A stretch of 64,000 nt of DNA, taken from NCBI GenBank assembly GCA_944349805.1, contig CALVNP010000036.1:28843-92842 (forward strand), read 5' to 3'. The notes below the pieces were generated by a model. The model did not search any database. It was not told the origin of the DNA and saw nothing but the letters and a program-made list of their open reading frames with translations. This DNA is from an uncultured Clostridia bacterium. GTDB taxonomy: Bacteria > Bacillota > Clostridia > Christensenellales > UBA1242. Within the stretch, counting starts at the first letter, position 1; the number at the start of each line of letters is the position of its first letter. Positions 56,601 to 64,000 of the stretch are shown piece after piece. The position numbers were made by a program, and so were the translations under genes.

Positions 56601-56823
56601 AAGAAGACAAAATCTTACAATTTTTTCCCAAAGCATTTGTTTGTGTTGCAATTTTTTCTGCTGTAACCAAATCTCCAACGACCATAATACCCTTTGGAGC
56701 AATAGAAAAAAATATGCCTTCACAAGGTTCATTTAAACCAAAAAGGCATTGTTTTTTTCCTTCTTTTAAACCATTTATGTATGTTTTTAACTCGTTGGAT
56801 TGTAATATTACATCAAAATTCAT
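53653..56823 (-). CDS. mfd: transcription-repair coupling factor
   Basis: 1056 aa. CarD-like 'GDYVVHELHGVG', Walker A 'GDVGFGKTEVA', 'LVLDEEQRFGV', helicase motif VI 'QLRGRIGRS'. Confidence 0.93.
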   Translation of the reverse strand: MNFDVILQSNELKTYINGLKEGKKQCLFGLNEPCEGIFFSIAPKGIMVVGDLVTAEKIATQTNALGKNCKILSSSYSNSFGIKDNTIFYDTIASVCDFITNKTTHLILLPEVLFEKMPNEDDIIKSIIKVDSSTSFNNLIESLIESGYSRVDQPTKKGQFSVKGDIIDIWDIKVDDYTRIIFFGDEIEKIQKVSSEDFSLIEEFDAIDIYPAVLKNLTQNNILNFNSNIFFSEPKKIIDEAEIFKNTILEEKDLFVDFNKIFLSKNNSQIIFSNIISQTTFFKPEQVISFKVGSSKKYLFDFRELIKDINIYLKGGYKISLFCGNEKNKNNLEKFLLQNSITTVNANYLDSGVKIFSDYLPYSAFFLSLDSIIIGTDDLYKKSTVKKDKKHKVFYSPKVGDYVVHELHGVGKCVALTRMKLADVEKDYFVIEYAGGDKFYLPSEQAGNISAFMGSDNAPKLNKLGGAEFERIKQKVYKNVKELAINLLQLYSEREKQKGFKYTEGGYLYDMFEQAFQFEETEDQINAINDVISDMEKGKVMDRLVCGDVGFGKTEVALRAIYKAIINGKQVAFLCPTTILSEQHFATAKSRFDGFMVKIAKLNRLVQENQVKEIKKSIASGEVDLVIGTHKLLGKDIVFKNLGLLVLDEEQRFGVGDKEKIKALKKDIDVLTLSATPIPRTLHMSLSGIRDISIIETPPKQRLPIKTFVVEESDELIVDACKKELSRGGQVLIVYNRVDTIYDFANKIKELLPNVKIGVAHGQLPQNLLEDTILKLYNGDFQILIATTLIENGVDLPLANTLIVIDSDKLGLSQLYQLRGRIGRSDRLAYAYFTFDGNKVLTEQAYKRLEAIMEFTDLGSGFKIAMRDLEIRGAGNVLGKEQHGHLEKVGYDMYCKLLQDAVKELKGEKVKERKEIKVDISLSAYIPEEYIASETERIKRYGEISEISDEKGLEEIVQELKDSYGDLPQEVSNIIYIALLKNLAQQEDVKRIFINNYICRLYLYKKDEILSERLAGLIENNKDRAVLKFEDVPIIEINLQMSVIDKVKTLISMLKK

Positions 56824-57351
56824 CTATTCTTTCCCAATTAAACTAATAATAAAATCTGAGGCATCATCTATAACCTCGTTTAAAACACTCATTTGTTCTT
56901 CATCAATTTCTGACAATACAAAATCTGCGAGATTAAATGGTTTTACATCTGGTTTTATTCCAATTCTAACCCTTTTAAAATCAGATCCAACATTTTGTAC
57001 AATGCTTCTCATTCCATTATGTGTACCAGCACTGCCTGACTCCCTATACCTATATGTTCCAAAGGGCAAATCTACATCATCAACAATTACTAAAATCTCA
57101 GAATTTTTTAAATTAAACTTTTTTTTGAAAGCCTTAACACTTTCCCCTGACAAGTTCATATAAGTTTTAGGTTTTGCAATTAAAATCTTTTCATTTAAAA
57201 TTTTTATCTCAGCAACTTCTGCATTGCAATAAGATTTTGTAAATTTTGCATTGAGTTTACTCGCGATTTTATCAACAGTTAAAAAACCTATGTTGTGATA
57301 AGTTTTAAAATATCTTTTTTCTGGATTTCCTAGTCCAACAATTAAAAACAT
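56824..57351 (-). CDS. pth: peptidyl-tRNA hydrolase
   Basis: 175 aa. 'LIVGLGNPEKRYFKTYHNIGF', 'GTHNGMRS'. AAGGAG SD. Confidence 0.93.
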   Translation of the reverse strand: MFLIVGLGNPEKRYFKTYHNIGFLTVDKIASKLNAKFTKSYCNAEVAEIKILNEKILIAKPKTYMNLSGESVKAFKKKFNLKNSEILVIVDDVDLPFGTYRYRESGSAGTHNGMRSIVQNVGSDFKRVRIGIKPDVKPFNLADFVLSEIDEEQMSVLNEVIDDASDFIISLIGKE

Positions 57352-57360
57352 AAAAGCTCC

Positions 57361-58143
57361 TTAACTTGACTTTGCGACAACACTTTCAAATGGTCCAACC
57401 ACAGTTTTTTCAGAAATACGACTCTCACTAATATATGAACATTTGATAATACATTCATCTGATATAATACTATTCTCTATTGTACTACCAAACTCAATTC
57501 TACAATTTTTCCCAACATAGCTAGAACCTTTAATGTAAACATTTGGCTCAAGCACTGTTCCTTTTTCAATCATAACATCAGCATCTATGTAAGTTGTATT
57601 CATATCACAAATTTGAATACCATTTGACAAATGAAAATTTAATATTCTGTTTTTTAAAATTTTTGTAATTTTTGCCAAATCTGAATAATTTTCCACCACA
57701 GTAAAATCATCAGTTCCAAAATCTTCTTGCACTAATGCCCTTATATTTTCAGCATTTTTAATATAATTTGTATTAAAAACATAGCCTCTTTTAAGGGGTA
57801 AAACATTCAAATCTCTTTGACGAACATAAACCATAATTTCATTTAATGTTTGTCTTTTAAAAAGTGGAGTATCTGAATATAGCACAACTGTATATTTGCT
57901 ATTTGTCAAAAGTGGTTTTACCAAAGTTAAAACATCGGATTCACTTGTACAAGGAATAGTTTTCACAACATAACCGTCACAAGCTAATGCTACCCATTCC
58001 CACATTTTTTTACCCCAAATTTTCAAATCATAGGATTTCATAAATTCGCCGAATTTTTTTTCAAGCAGAATTATCACTGAAATTTCATTATCTACAATTT
58101 TTTCTTCTTTCTCTAAAAGAGTTAATGTTTCAAGCATTTCCAT
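57361..58143 (-). CDS. GlmU-derived protein: degenerate nucleotidyltransferase domain plus a truncated left-handed beta-helix
   Basis: 260 aa, collinear with GlmU residues about 1-330. 'SVIILLEKKFGEFMKS' replaces 'LAAGxGTRMKS'. 'VLYSDTPLF' corresponds to 'GDTPLL'. LbH hexapeptides 'IDADVMIEKGTVLEPNVYIKGSSYVGKNCRI...'. It ends before the acetyltransferase active site. Confidence 0.6.
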   Translation of the reverse strand: MEMLETLTLLEKEEKIVDNEISVIILLEKKFGEFMKSYDLKIWGKKMWEWVALACDGYVVKTIPCTSESDVLTLVKPLLTNSKYTVVLYSDTPLFKRQTLNEIMVYVRQRDLNVLPLKRGYVFNTNYIKNAENIRALVQEDFGTDDFTVVENYSDLAKITKILKNRILNFHLSNGIQICDMNTTYIDADVMIEKGTVLEPNVYIKGSSYVGKNCRIEFGSTIENSIISDECIIKCSYISESRISEKTVVGPFESVVAKSS

Positions 58144-58153
58144 ATCAAACCTC

Positions 58154-59401
58154 TTATATATTGTATCTCTTTATATCTTGTTTTGCAAGTTTTATTGCAT
58201 CTTCATATTTTCTTCCACCTTTGTAATATAATGAAGCAAAATATAAAATTTTAATTTTTTTCAAAATTCTTTTTTTCTTATAATATTTTTTCCAGAAATC
58301 CCAATATTCCTTTGACCCTGTCTCATAGTATGTGTTAATTGCTTTATCTACAACTTTTAAATGTTTATTCAATCGTCTTGAAATTCTCACATTTTCTGGA
58401 TATACCCACAAGAAATCCTTAAGCTCATTTTTATTTTCTTGAATCGCATCAAAGAAATAAATTTTGTCAAACTCTCTCATTTCATAACCAACATTTGCAT
58501 TAATGGATTCTTTGTCGTTAAACTTAATATAACCAGCAATAACCTTTCTTTCTATCATAAGAGCGCTTATTTGTTCAAGCAAGCTTAGCATTTGCATAAA
58601 GATTAAAACAGTAAGTGGTAAAACCACAAGTATAATCATTCCTGGTCCACTTGCACAAAATTTGAATATCGACCTTACCCAAGTTGGAGTGTTAACATAC
58701 TTACCTGCAACAAAATCTTCTCTGATATAGTAAGCGTCAGCACTACCATTGCTATCACCTTTGGTTTTAAAAAATCTTGTACCTGTATCATCTACATAAA
58801 CGCCAACAACTCTATGAAAATAAATTTTTGTTGTTTCTTTTATAACCTCATCTTTTTCTTTTCTGTTTGGAATACTATCTTTTGTAGGTTCTGGAATATT
58901 GTCAAAGTCAGTTATTAATGTCTTTCTAATGTTGCTGTCTGCACTATCTTCAACATAGTAAAATGCGATAATATCTCCTGCATAATCTGTACTTTTTGGC
59001 CTTAAATCATCAGTATTTACTGAATTTATTATTACAATATCTCTTATGTTAAATCCACCTGCCGTCATACTTCCACTTTGAATTGCAACAAAAGACACCC
59101 CAAAAACGCTCTTTATTTCATTTTTTCTTTGATTTGAATACAGTACAAAGCTAGAAAACAATGCAATTATTATAACAGGTATAATTATACAATCGGATAT
59201 TAATCCTAATATAGAATAAAAAGTTCTTTTCTTTCTTTTAGGAGCAGAAACATTCGAATCATTTTTTGTCTTTTTTATCTGGTCGTTTTGGCAATTTTTC
59301 AATTCGTTTTTGTTCTTGTTGTCCTTTACTGTCTGACTGTTTGTTAATGTTTGAGATTGATTCTTCTCTTGCAATTGTTTTTTCTCCTGCATTTTTAACA
59401 T
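58154..59401 (-). CDS. SipW-type (S26B) signal peptidase I paralogue 2 with an extra C-terminal domain of about 170 aa
   Basis: 415 aa. TM1, 'QSGSMTAGGF' (Ser motif), 'FHRVVG' (His), 'TKGDSNGSAD', TM2, then a conserved extension. AAGGAG SD at 59405-59410. Confidence 0.7.
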   Translation of the reverse strand: MLKMQEKKQLQEKNQSQTLTNSQTVKDNKNKNELKNCQNDQIKKTKNDSNVSAPKRKKRTFYSILGLISDCIIIPVIIIALFSSFVLYSNQRKNEIKSVFGVSFVAIQSGSMTAGGFNIRDIVIINSVNTDDLRPKSTDYAGDIIAFYYVEDSADSNIRKTLITDFDNIPEPTKDSIPNRKEKDEVIKETTKIYFHRVVGVYVDDTGTRFFKTKGDSNGSADAYYIREDFVAGKYVNTPTWVRSIFKFCASGPGMIILVVLPLTVLIFMQMLSLLEQISALMIERKVIAGYIKFNDKESINANVGYEMREFDKIYFFDAIQENKNELKDFLWVYPENVRISRRLNKHLKVVDKAINTYYETGSKEYWDFWKKYYKKKRILKKIKILYFASLYYKGGRKYEDAIKLAKQDIKRYNI

Positions 59402-60494
59402 CTTCTCCTTTTCCTTCCATTTTAACCAAAATATTATTAGATTCTTGAATTGTACTTTTAAGTCTCCACTCTTCTCTATAAATTGCTAATTTGTCTTTGT
59501 TTCGTTTTCCTTTTAACCTTTCAGTCCAAGCGTCAAAATACTTATCAGGATTCAACTTAAAATATTCAATTGTTTTCTTGACAAAAGAATATTCCTCTTT
59601 TTCTTTATCCTTTCCATCTTTTAAATAACCCCACAAAAACTCTTCGACTTCATTTTTTTCCTTGTCACTAGCAAGAGCATAAAATCTAACCTTTTCAACA
59701 TCATTCATTTCAATTCCCACATTTGCCTTTATTGATTCAGGGGAATTAAATTTAATCTTACCTTTTATAACAGCTTTTTCAATAATCATATTGTTCGTTT
59801 GTTCAATCAAGCTAAAACATTGAAATAGTATTAAAATTCCAAGTGGAACGACAACCAAACAAATCATACCAACCTGAGAAGCACAAAACCTAAATGTTGC
59901 TCTCAGCCAAGTTGGAGTGTAAGAATATTTACCCAAAACATAGTCTGCCCTAACCTTTATATTATCCTTACTTCCATTTCCTGTTCCTTTTGTTTCAAAA
60001 AACAGCGTTCCATCTTTATCAACATATCTTCCAACGACTTCGTGAAAGACAATTTTTGTTTTTTCTGGTATGTCACCAACACTTATCCTACCTTCAACAG
60101 TCGTTGTTAAAGGTTTTGATACATCAACATCATTTTCAATTTTTGTAAGGGTAATTGTTTTATCAACATCATCTTGATAAGAATAAAAAGCTATAATGTC
60201 CCCTAACTCATCATCACTTGCAACAGTCCCTACCTTTAAAGAATAAGGGTCTGTTTTAACCAAAAACAGCACATCGCCCTTCATAAACCCACTTGGTTCC
60301 ATACTTTCAGAAGCAACAAAAACAAGTGATAACCCGAAAATACTTGGCAAAGTATTTTGCGTTCTAGATACAAACATTGCAGCACTAGAAATTAAGGATA
60401 TTAAAATAACAGGGATTAAAATTATATCCCCGATTATACCTAAAATGTTATATAAAGTTCTATATTTTTTAGATTTTTCTGCTGATTTACTCAC
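59259..60494 (-). CDS. SipW-type (S26B) signal peptidase I paralogue 1 with an extra C-terminal domain of about 190 aa
   Basis: 411 aa, GTG start. TM1, 'ASESMEPSGF', 'FHEVVG', 'TKGTGNGSKD', TM2, then an extension homologous to that of paralogue 2. Confidence 0.7.
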   Translation of the reverse strand: MSKSAEKSKKYRTLYNILGIIGDIILIPVILISLISSAAMFVSRTQNTLPSIFGLSLVFVASESMEPSGFMKGDVLFLVKTDPYSLKVGTVASDDELGDIIAFYSYQDDVDKTITLTKIENDVDVSKPLTTTVEGRISVGDIPEKTKIVFHEVVGRYVDKDGTLFFETKGTGNGSKDNIKVRADYVLGKYSYTPTWLRATFRFCASQVGMICLVVVPLGILILFQCFSLIEQTNNMIIEKAVIKGKIKFNSPESIKANVGIEMNDVEKVRFYALASDKEKNEVEEFLWGYLKDGKDKEKEEYSFVKKTIEYFKLNPDKYFDAWTERLKGKRNKDKLAIYREEWRLKSTIQESNNILVKMEGKGEDVKNAGEKTIAREESISNINKQSDSKGQQEQKRIEKLPKRPDKKDKK

Positions 60495-60560
60495 GATGGT
60501 AGTTTATCACAAAAAAATAAAAAAACAAACAAAATTAAAAAAAAGATATTAAACTATATA

Positions 60561-61235
60561 TTATTTAGTTGAATTTTTCAAGTATACATAGTAAGCATAA
60601 TTGCTATTTTCACTTATAGCGTTCTTCATCAAACACTCAACTCTGCTTTTTAAGTCTATAATTTGACTCTTTTCATCTAATTCCTTATTTGCATATTGCG
60701 GAGTACATATAACAATTTTTAATTCTGGTTGACTATGGAAAATTCTTTTTAATTTATTGGTTTTTTTAAAAAGTATTACAAATGGAATTATTGGGACATT
60801 GTTTTTCACAGCAAAATAAAAGGCCCCTTTTTTAAAAGGTCTAATTTCATTATAATATGGCCACATACTTGATTCAGAGAAAATGCGTACTATTCCATTT
60901 TCATTTAAAACAGATTTTATATAAGAAAAAAATTTTAAATTGTCAGAATAGCTATCTGCTAAAGGTATACAATTAAAAATATCACACAAAAATCTAACAT
61001 AAGGAATTTTAAAGTTGTCTTTTAAGGCAATAGTAAATACTTTTCTTTTTTTAAATAAAAAAACAGGACTTATACTCCAATCTAAATAATGGCAATGATT
61101 ACAAACACTTATTGCCCCACACTTGATATTTTTTAAATTTTCTTTTCCAAAAATTTTAATATTTAAAAAAAATTTACCATAAATTTTTAAAATTGAATGA
61201 AAACAAATTCTTTTTATAAGAAATCTTACACTTTT
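60561..61235 (-). CDS. PlsC-family lysophospholipid acyltransferase; N-terminus unresolved (no canonical start in frame, probable homopolymer frameshift)
   Basis: The frame is open from 61235 and encodes 'IKIFGKENL...VCNHCHYLDW' (HX4D) and 'RIFSESSMW...KKGAFYFAVKNNVPIIPF'. The first ATG/GTG/TTG in this frame is the TTG at 60989, downstream of HX4D. Confidence 0.55.
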   Translation of the reverse strand, partial: KSVRFLIKRICFHSILKIYGKFFLNIKIFGKENLKNIKCGAISVCNHCHYLDWSISPVFLFKKRKVFTIALKDNFKIPYVRFLCDIFNCIPLADSYSDNLKFFSYIKSVLNENGIVRIFSESSMWPYYNEIRPFKKGAFYFAVKNNVPIIPFVILFKKTNKLKRIFHSQPELKIVICTPQYANKELDEKSQIIDLKSRVECLMKNAISENSNYAYYVYLKNSTK

Positions 61236-61511
61236 TTAAAAAATTTTGCTTTTTATAATAAGTTAAAACATCAATATTTATATTTAGCTTTTTGTCCACT
61301 ATTATATCTTCGTCTAAATTTATCGGCTTGATAATGGTTTTATTTTTTTGTCAAAATTTTGTATCTTCACACCATAATTTTTGACAAAACTTTAAAAAAA
61401 TATAATATTAAATTATTTGCTAAAAATAATGTTTAAATCTCGTCAAAATCTTTACAATTTGAATTTAATTTATTATACTACTTAGGTTAGAATCAATTAA
61501 AAGGAAAAATT

Positions 61512-63293
61512 ATGTATACAGTTAAACAGATAAAGGACACTTTTTTAAATTATTTTAAAGATAATGGTCACAAGATTATAGATGGAGCATCAATAGTACC
61601 CGAAAACGACCCCACACTACTATTCATAAATGCAGGAATGGCACCAATGAAAAAGGTTTTTACAGGAGAAGTTCCCCCACAAGCAAAAAGAATGTGCAAT
61701 GTGCAAAACTGCATAAGAACAATAGATATTGATAGCATTGGAGACAGACATCATCTTTCCAGCTTTTATATGTTAGGCTCTTGGAGTATAGGAGATTATT
61801 TTAAAGAAGGTGCTATTAAATATGCTTTTGAACTTTTAACCACAGGGTTTAAAATACCAAAAGAAAAATTATATGTTACAGTTTTTAATGGCGATGAAAA
61901 AAGAAACATTCCAGCTGATACAGAAAGTATTGAATTTTGGAAAAAAGTTGGAGTAAGCGAAAGTCACATAATAAAATGTGGATTTGAAGACAACTTTTGG
62001 AGAATTGGAGGAGACCACGATGCAGGTCCTTGTGGACCTTGTACCGAGATGTTTTATGACACAGGAAATTCACACGGAAAAAGCTATGAAGAAACGGGCT
62101 ACTTTGACGATAAAAACAGGTACATTGAAATTTGGAATGCTGGCGTTTTTATGGAATATTACCAAGATGAAAATGGAAATTATTCAAAACTTTCTATGAA
62201 AAGTGTAGATACAGGTTCTGGACTTGAAAGAATGATAATGACATTAAATGGAATGGAAAGTGCTTACGATACCGAAGTTTTTTCACCAATAATAGACTAT
62301 TTAAAAAATAATGCAAAAATTCAAAATATGGAAAGTTTTAGAATTATTGCAGACCACATAAGAACTTCAATTTTTATTTTAAATGCTGGTGTAGAACCAA
62401 GCAATGTAAAAAGAGGCTATGTTCTTAGAAGATTGATTAGAAGAGCAATAAGACACATAAAAAGAATTGGTTTGGACGAAGAAAAAATTTCTGAAATATT
62501 AAATCTTACAATTGCGAATATGCACACAATTGACTTAGAACCAAAGTGGAATTTTACAAAAAATCAAATAATTGAAAAATTTATGGTTGAATACCAAAAA
62601 TTTTCAAAGAGTTTAGAACAAGGATTAAAAGAATTTAATGAATATGTACAAGATAGCAAAAATATCATTAATGGAAAACTAGATAGCAAAATTGTCTTCA
62701 AACTTTTTGACACATTTGGTTTCCCATTTGAAATCACAAAAGAATTAGCAAAGGAAATCAATATAGAAGTTGATGAAAAGGAGTTTAACGAGCTTTTTGA
62801 ACAACACAGACAAATTTCAAAAACAGAAGGGACATTTAAAAGTGGCCTTCAAGATACTAGCGAACAGACAATAAAACTTCACACAGCAACTCACTTACTA
62901 CAAGCAGGATTAAGAAAAGTACTAGGAAATTATGTTTGTCAGAAAGGAAGCAATATAACTCCTGAGCGTTTAAGATTTGATTTCAATTTTGAGAGAAAAA
63001 TGACACCAGAAGAATTAAAACAAGTTGAAGATTTTGTAAATGAAGCAATAAAAGATGAAATTCCTGTAATTCGTGAAGAAATGAATCTTGAAGATGCAAA
63101 GAAAACAGGTGCAATTGGACTTTTCGCAGATAAATATGGTGATGTTGTTTCTGTTTATACAATTGGGAACATAAGTAAAGAACTTTGTAGTGGACCTCAC
63201 GTACAAAACACAAAAGAACTAGGTCATTTTAAAATTTTAAAAGAAGAAAGTTCTTCAAGTGGAATAAGAAGAATAAAAGCAATTGTTGAATAA
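61512..63293 (+). CDS. alaS: alanine--tRNA ligase, minimal 593-aa form (no C-Ala domain)
   Basis: 'NDPTLLFINAGM', 'CIRT.DIDSIGD', 'IADHIRT', 'GYVLRRLIRRA', editing-core 'HTATHLL' and 'CSGPHV'. AAGGA SD. Confidence 0.85.
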   Translation: MYTVKQIKDTFLNYFKDNGHKIIDGASIVPENDPTLLFINAGMAPMKKVFTGEVPPQAKRMCNVQNCIRTIDIDSIGDRHHLSSFYMLGSWSIGDYFKEGAIKYAFELLTTGFKIPKEKLYVTVFNGDEKRNIPADTESIEFWKKVGVSESHIIKCGFEDNFWRIGGDHDAGPCGPCTEMFYDTGNSHGKSYEETGYFDDKNRYIEIWNAGVFMEYYQDENGNYSKLSMKSVDTGSGLERMIMTLNGMESAYDTEVFSPIIDYLKNNAKIQNMESFRIIADHIRTSIFILNAGVEPSNVKRGYVLRRLIRRAIRHIKRIGLDEEKISEILNLTIANMHTIDLEPKWNFTKNQIIEKFMVEYQKFSKSLEQGLKEFNEYVQDSKNIINGKLDSKIVFKLFDTFGFPFEITKELAKEINIEVDEKEFNELFEQHRQISKTEGTFKSGLQDTSEQTIKLHTATHLLQAGLRKVLGNYVCQKGSNITPERLRFDFNFERKMTPEELKQVEDFVNEAIKDEIPVIREEMNLEDAKKTGAIGLFADKYGDVVSVYTIGNISKELCSGPHVQNTKELGHFKILKEESSSSGIRRIKAIVE

Positions 63294-63331
63294 GTGAATT
63301 AATGAACAAAAGTAAATATTAAGGAGAAATT

Positions 63332-64000
63332 ATGGACTTTAAATCAGTTGAAAAAAAATGGCAAAAAATTTGGGAAGATGAACATAGATATCACGCTGAG
63401 GATTTTAGCAAGAAACCAAAATATTACATTTTAGTTGAGTTCCCCTACCCAAGTGGTGCAGGTTTACATGTTGGACACACACCAAATCAAATCGCTATGG
63501 ATATTTTAGCAAGAAAAAAAAGAGCAGAGGGTTATAATGTTTTATATCCAATTGGCTGGGACGCATTTGGACTTCCAACAGAAAATTACGCTATAAAAAC
63601 AGGAATTCATCCAAAAGAAGTCACAAAAAAAAATGTGGAGCATTTTAAACAACAAATCAAAAGCTTAGGAATATCTTTTGATTGGGATAGAGAAATAAAC
63701 ACCACAGATGAAAATTATTATAAGTGGACCCAATGGATATTTTTACAGTTTTTTAAAAAGGGACTAGCATATAAAGCAGAAGCTAATATAAATTGGTGCC
63801 CAAACTGTAAAATAGGTCTTTCCAATGAAGAAAGTGAAGGTGGCGTATGTGAAAGATGTGGTGCAACTGTGGTACAAAAGCCAAAAAGTCAGTGGATGCT
63901 TAAAATGTCTGAATATGCAGAAAAACTTTTACAAGGCTTAAACGAAACAAACTATTGGGAAAACATCAAAGCAATGCAACGAAAATGGATAGGCAAAAGT
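63332..64000 (+). CDS. leuS: leucine--tRNA ligase, 5' part (runs off the right edge)
   Basis: AAGGAG SD then ATG at 63332. 'KWQKIWEDE', HIGH region '[13 protein letters not shown]', '[17 protein letters not shown]', Zn knuckle '[13 protein letters not shown]...CERCG'. The frame is open to position 64000. Confidence 0.92.
   Translation, partial: MDFKSVEKKWQKIWEDEHRYHAEDFSKKPKYYILVEFPYPSGAGLHVGHTPNQIAMDILARKKRAEGYNVLYPIGWDAFGLPTENYAIKTGIHPKEVTKKNVEHFKQQIKSLGISFDWDREINTTDENYYKWTQWIFLQFFKKGLAYKAEANINWCPNCKIGLSNEESEGGVCERCGATVVQKPKSQWMLKMSEYAEKLLQGLNETNYWENIKAMQRKWIGKS

Noticed and set aside
61300-61511. T-box leaders upstream of alaS, and upstream of ileS (9700-9707) and leuS (63294-63331)
   Set aside because: ileS and leuS start 8 and 38 nt after the preceding genes, so there is no room for a leader. 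The 210-nt alaS upstream region is almost pure A/T, and I could not find a specifier stem, a T-box sequence or a terminator/antiterminator pair. The absence is mildly unusual for Firmicutes but is not a positive feature.
1-64000. Alternative genetic code (UGA=Trp, Mollicutes-like), considered because of the very low GC content
   Set aside because: All conserved genes are full-length with TGA treated as stop. Trp positions in conserved motifs are TGG. TGA terminates the SipW paralogue at 59259-59261.

Overview
This is an AT-rich bacterial chromosome segment (roughly 70% A+T by eye) that uses the standard genetic code. TGA acts as a stop, and all housekeeping ORFs are intact under code 11. The gene and RNA content points to a low-GC Firmicutes-type organism with a sporulation heritage: a Bacillus-type long SRP RNA, spoIIID, a SpoIIQ-like M23 protein, SipW-type signal peptidases and pth-mfd-PrsA-like synteny. 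About 35 mostly housekeeping genes are present: U32 peptidase, tmk, pepF, rluA-type, ileS, ung, dCMP deaminase, an OYE/enoate-reductase-like flavoenzyme, folD, glyA, ttcA, spoIIID, acpP, mfd, pth, alaS, the 5' end of leuS, tRNA-Arg(ACG) and SRP RNA. The outstanding feature is two adjacent, co-oriented, paralogous giant lipoprotein genes at 18791-44332, encoding 5,290 aa and 3,212 aa. Together they span 25.5 kb, 40% of the window. They are built from Ig-like segments plus nine reiterated GLUG-motif-like beta-helix cassettes and are driven by a perfect consensus promoter. The larger protein carries an internal GC-rich Gly/Ala hydrophobic hairpin about 500 aa from its C-terminus. Secondary observations: (1) a recurrent promoter-N6-ATG layout implying leaderless mRNAs for at least six genes; (2) a structured leader of about 215 nt upstream of tRNA-Arg that contains an antisense copy of part of the tRNA; (3) two tandem SipW-like signal peptidases with a shared extra C-terminal domain and a 143-nt out-of-frame overlap; (4) a TasA/camelysin-like candidate substrate elsewhere in the window; (5) a truncated, motif-less GlmU relic in the canonical glmU position; (6) a PlsC-family gene split at a homopolymer; (7) a minimal 593-aa AlaRS. 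I saw no CRISPR array, transposase, integrase or recognisable defence genes. All calls come from reading the sequence and the ORF translations by eye. No database search was run.
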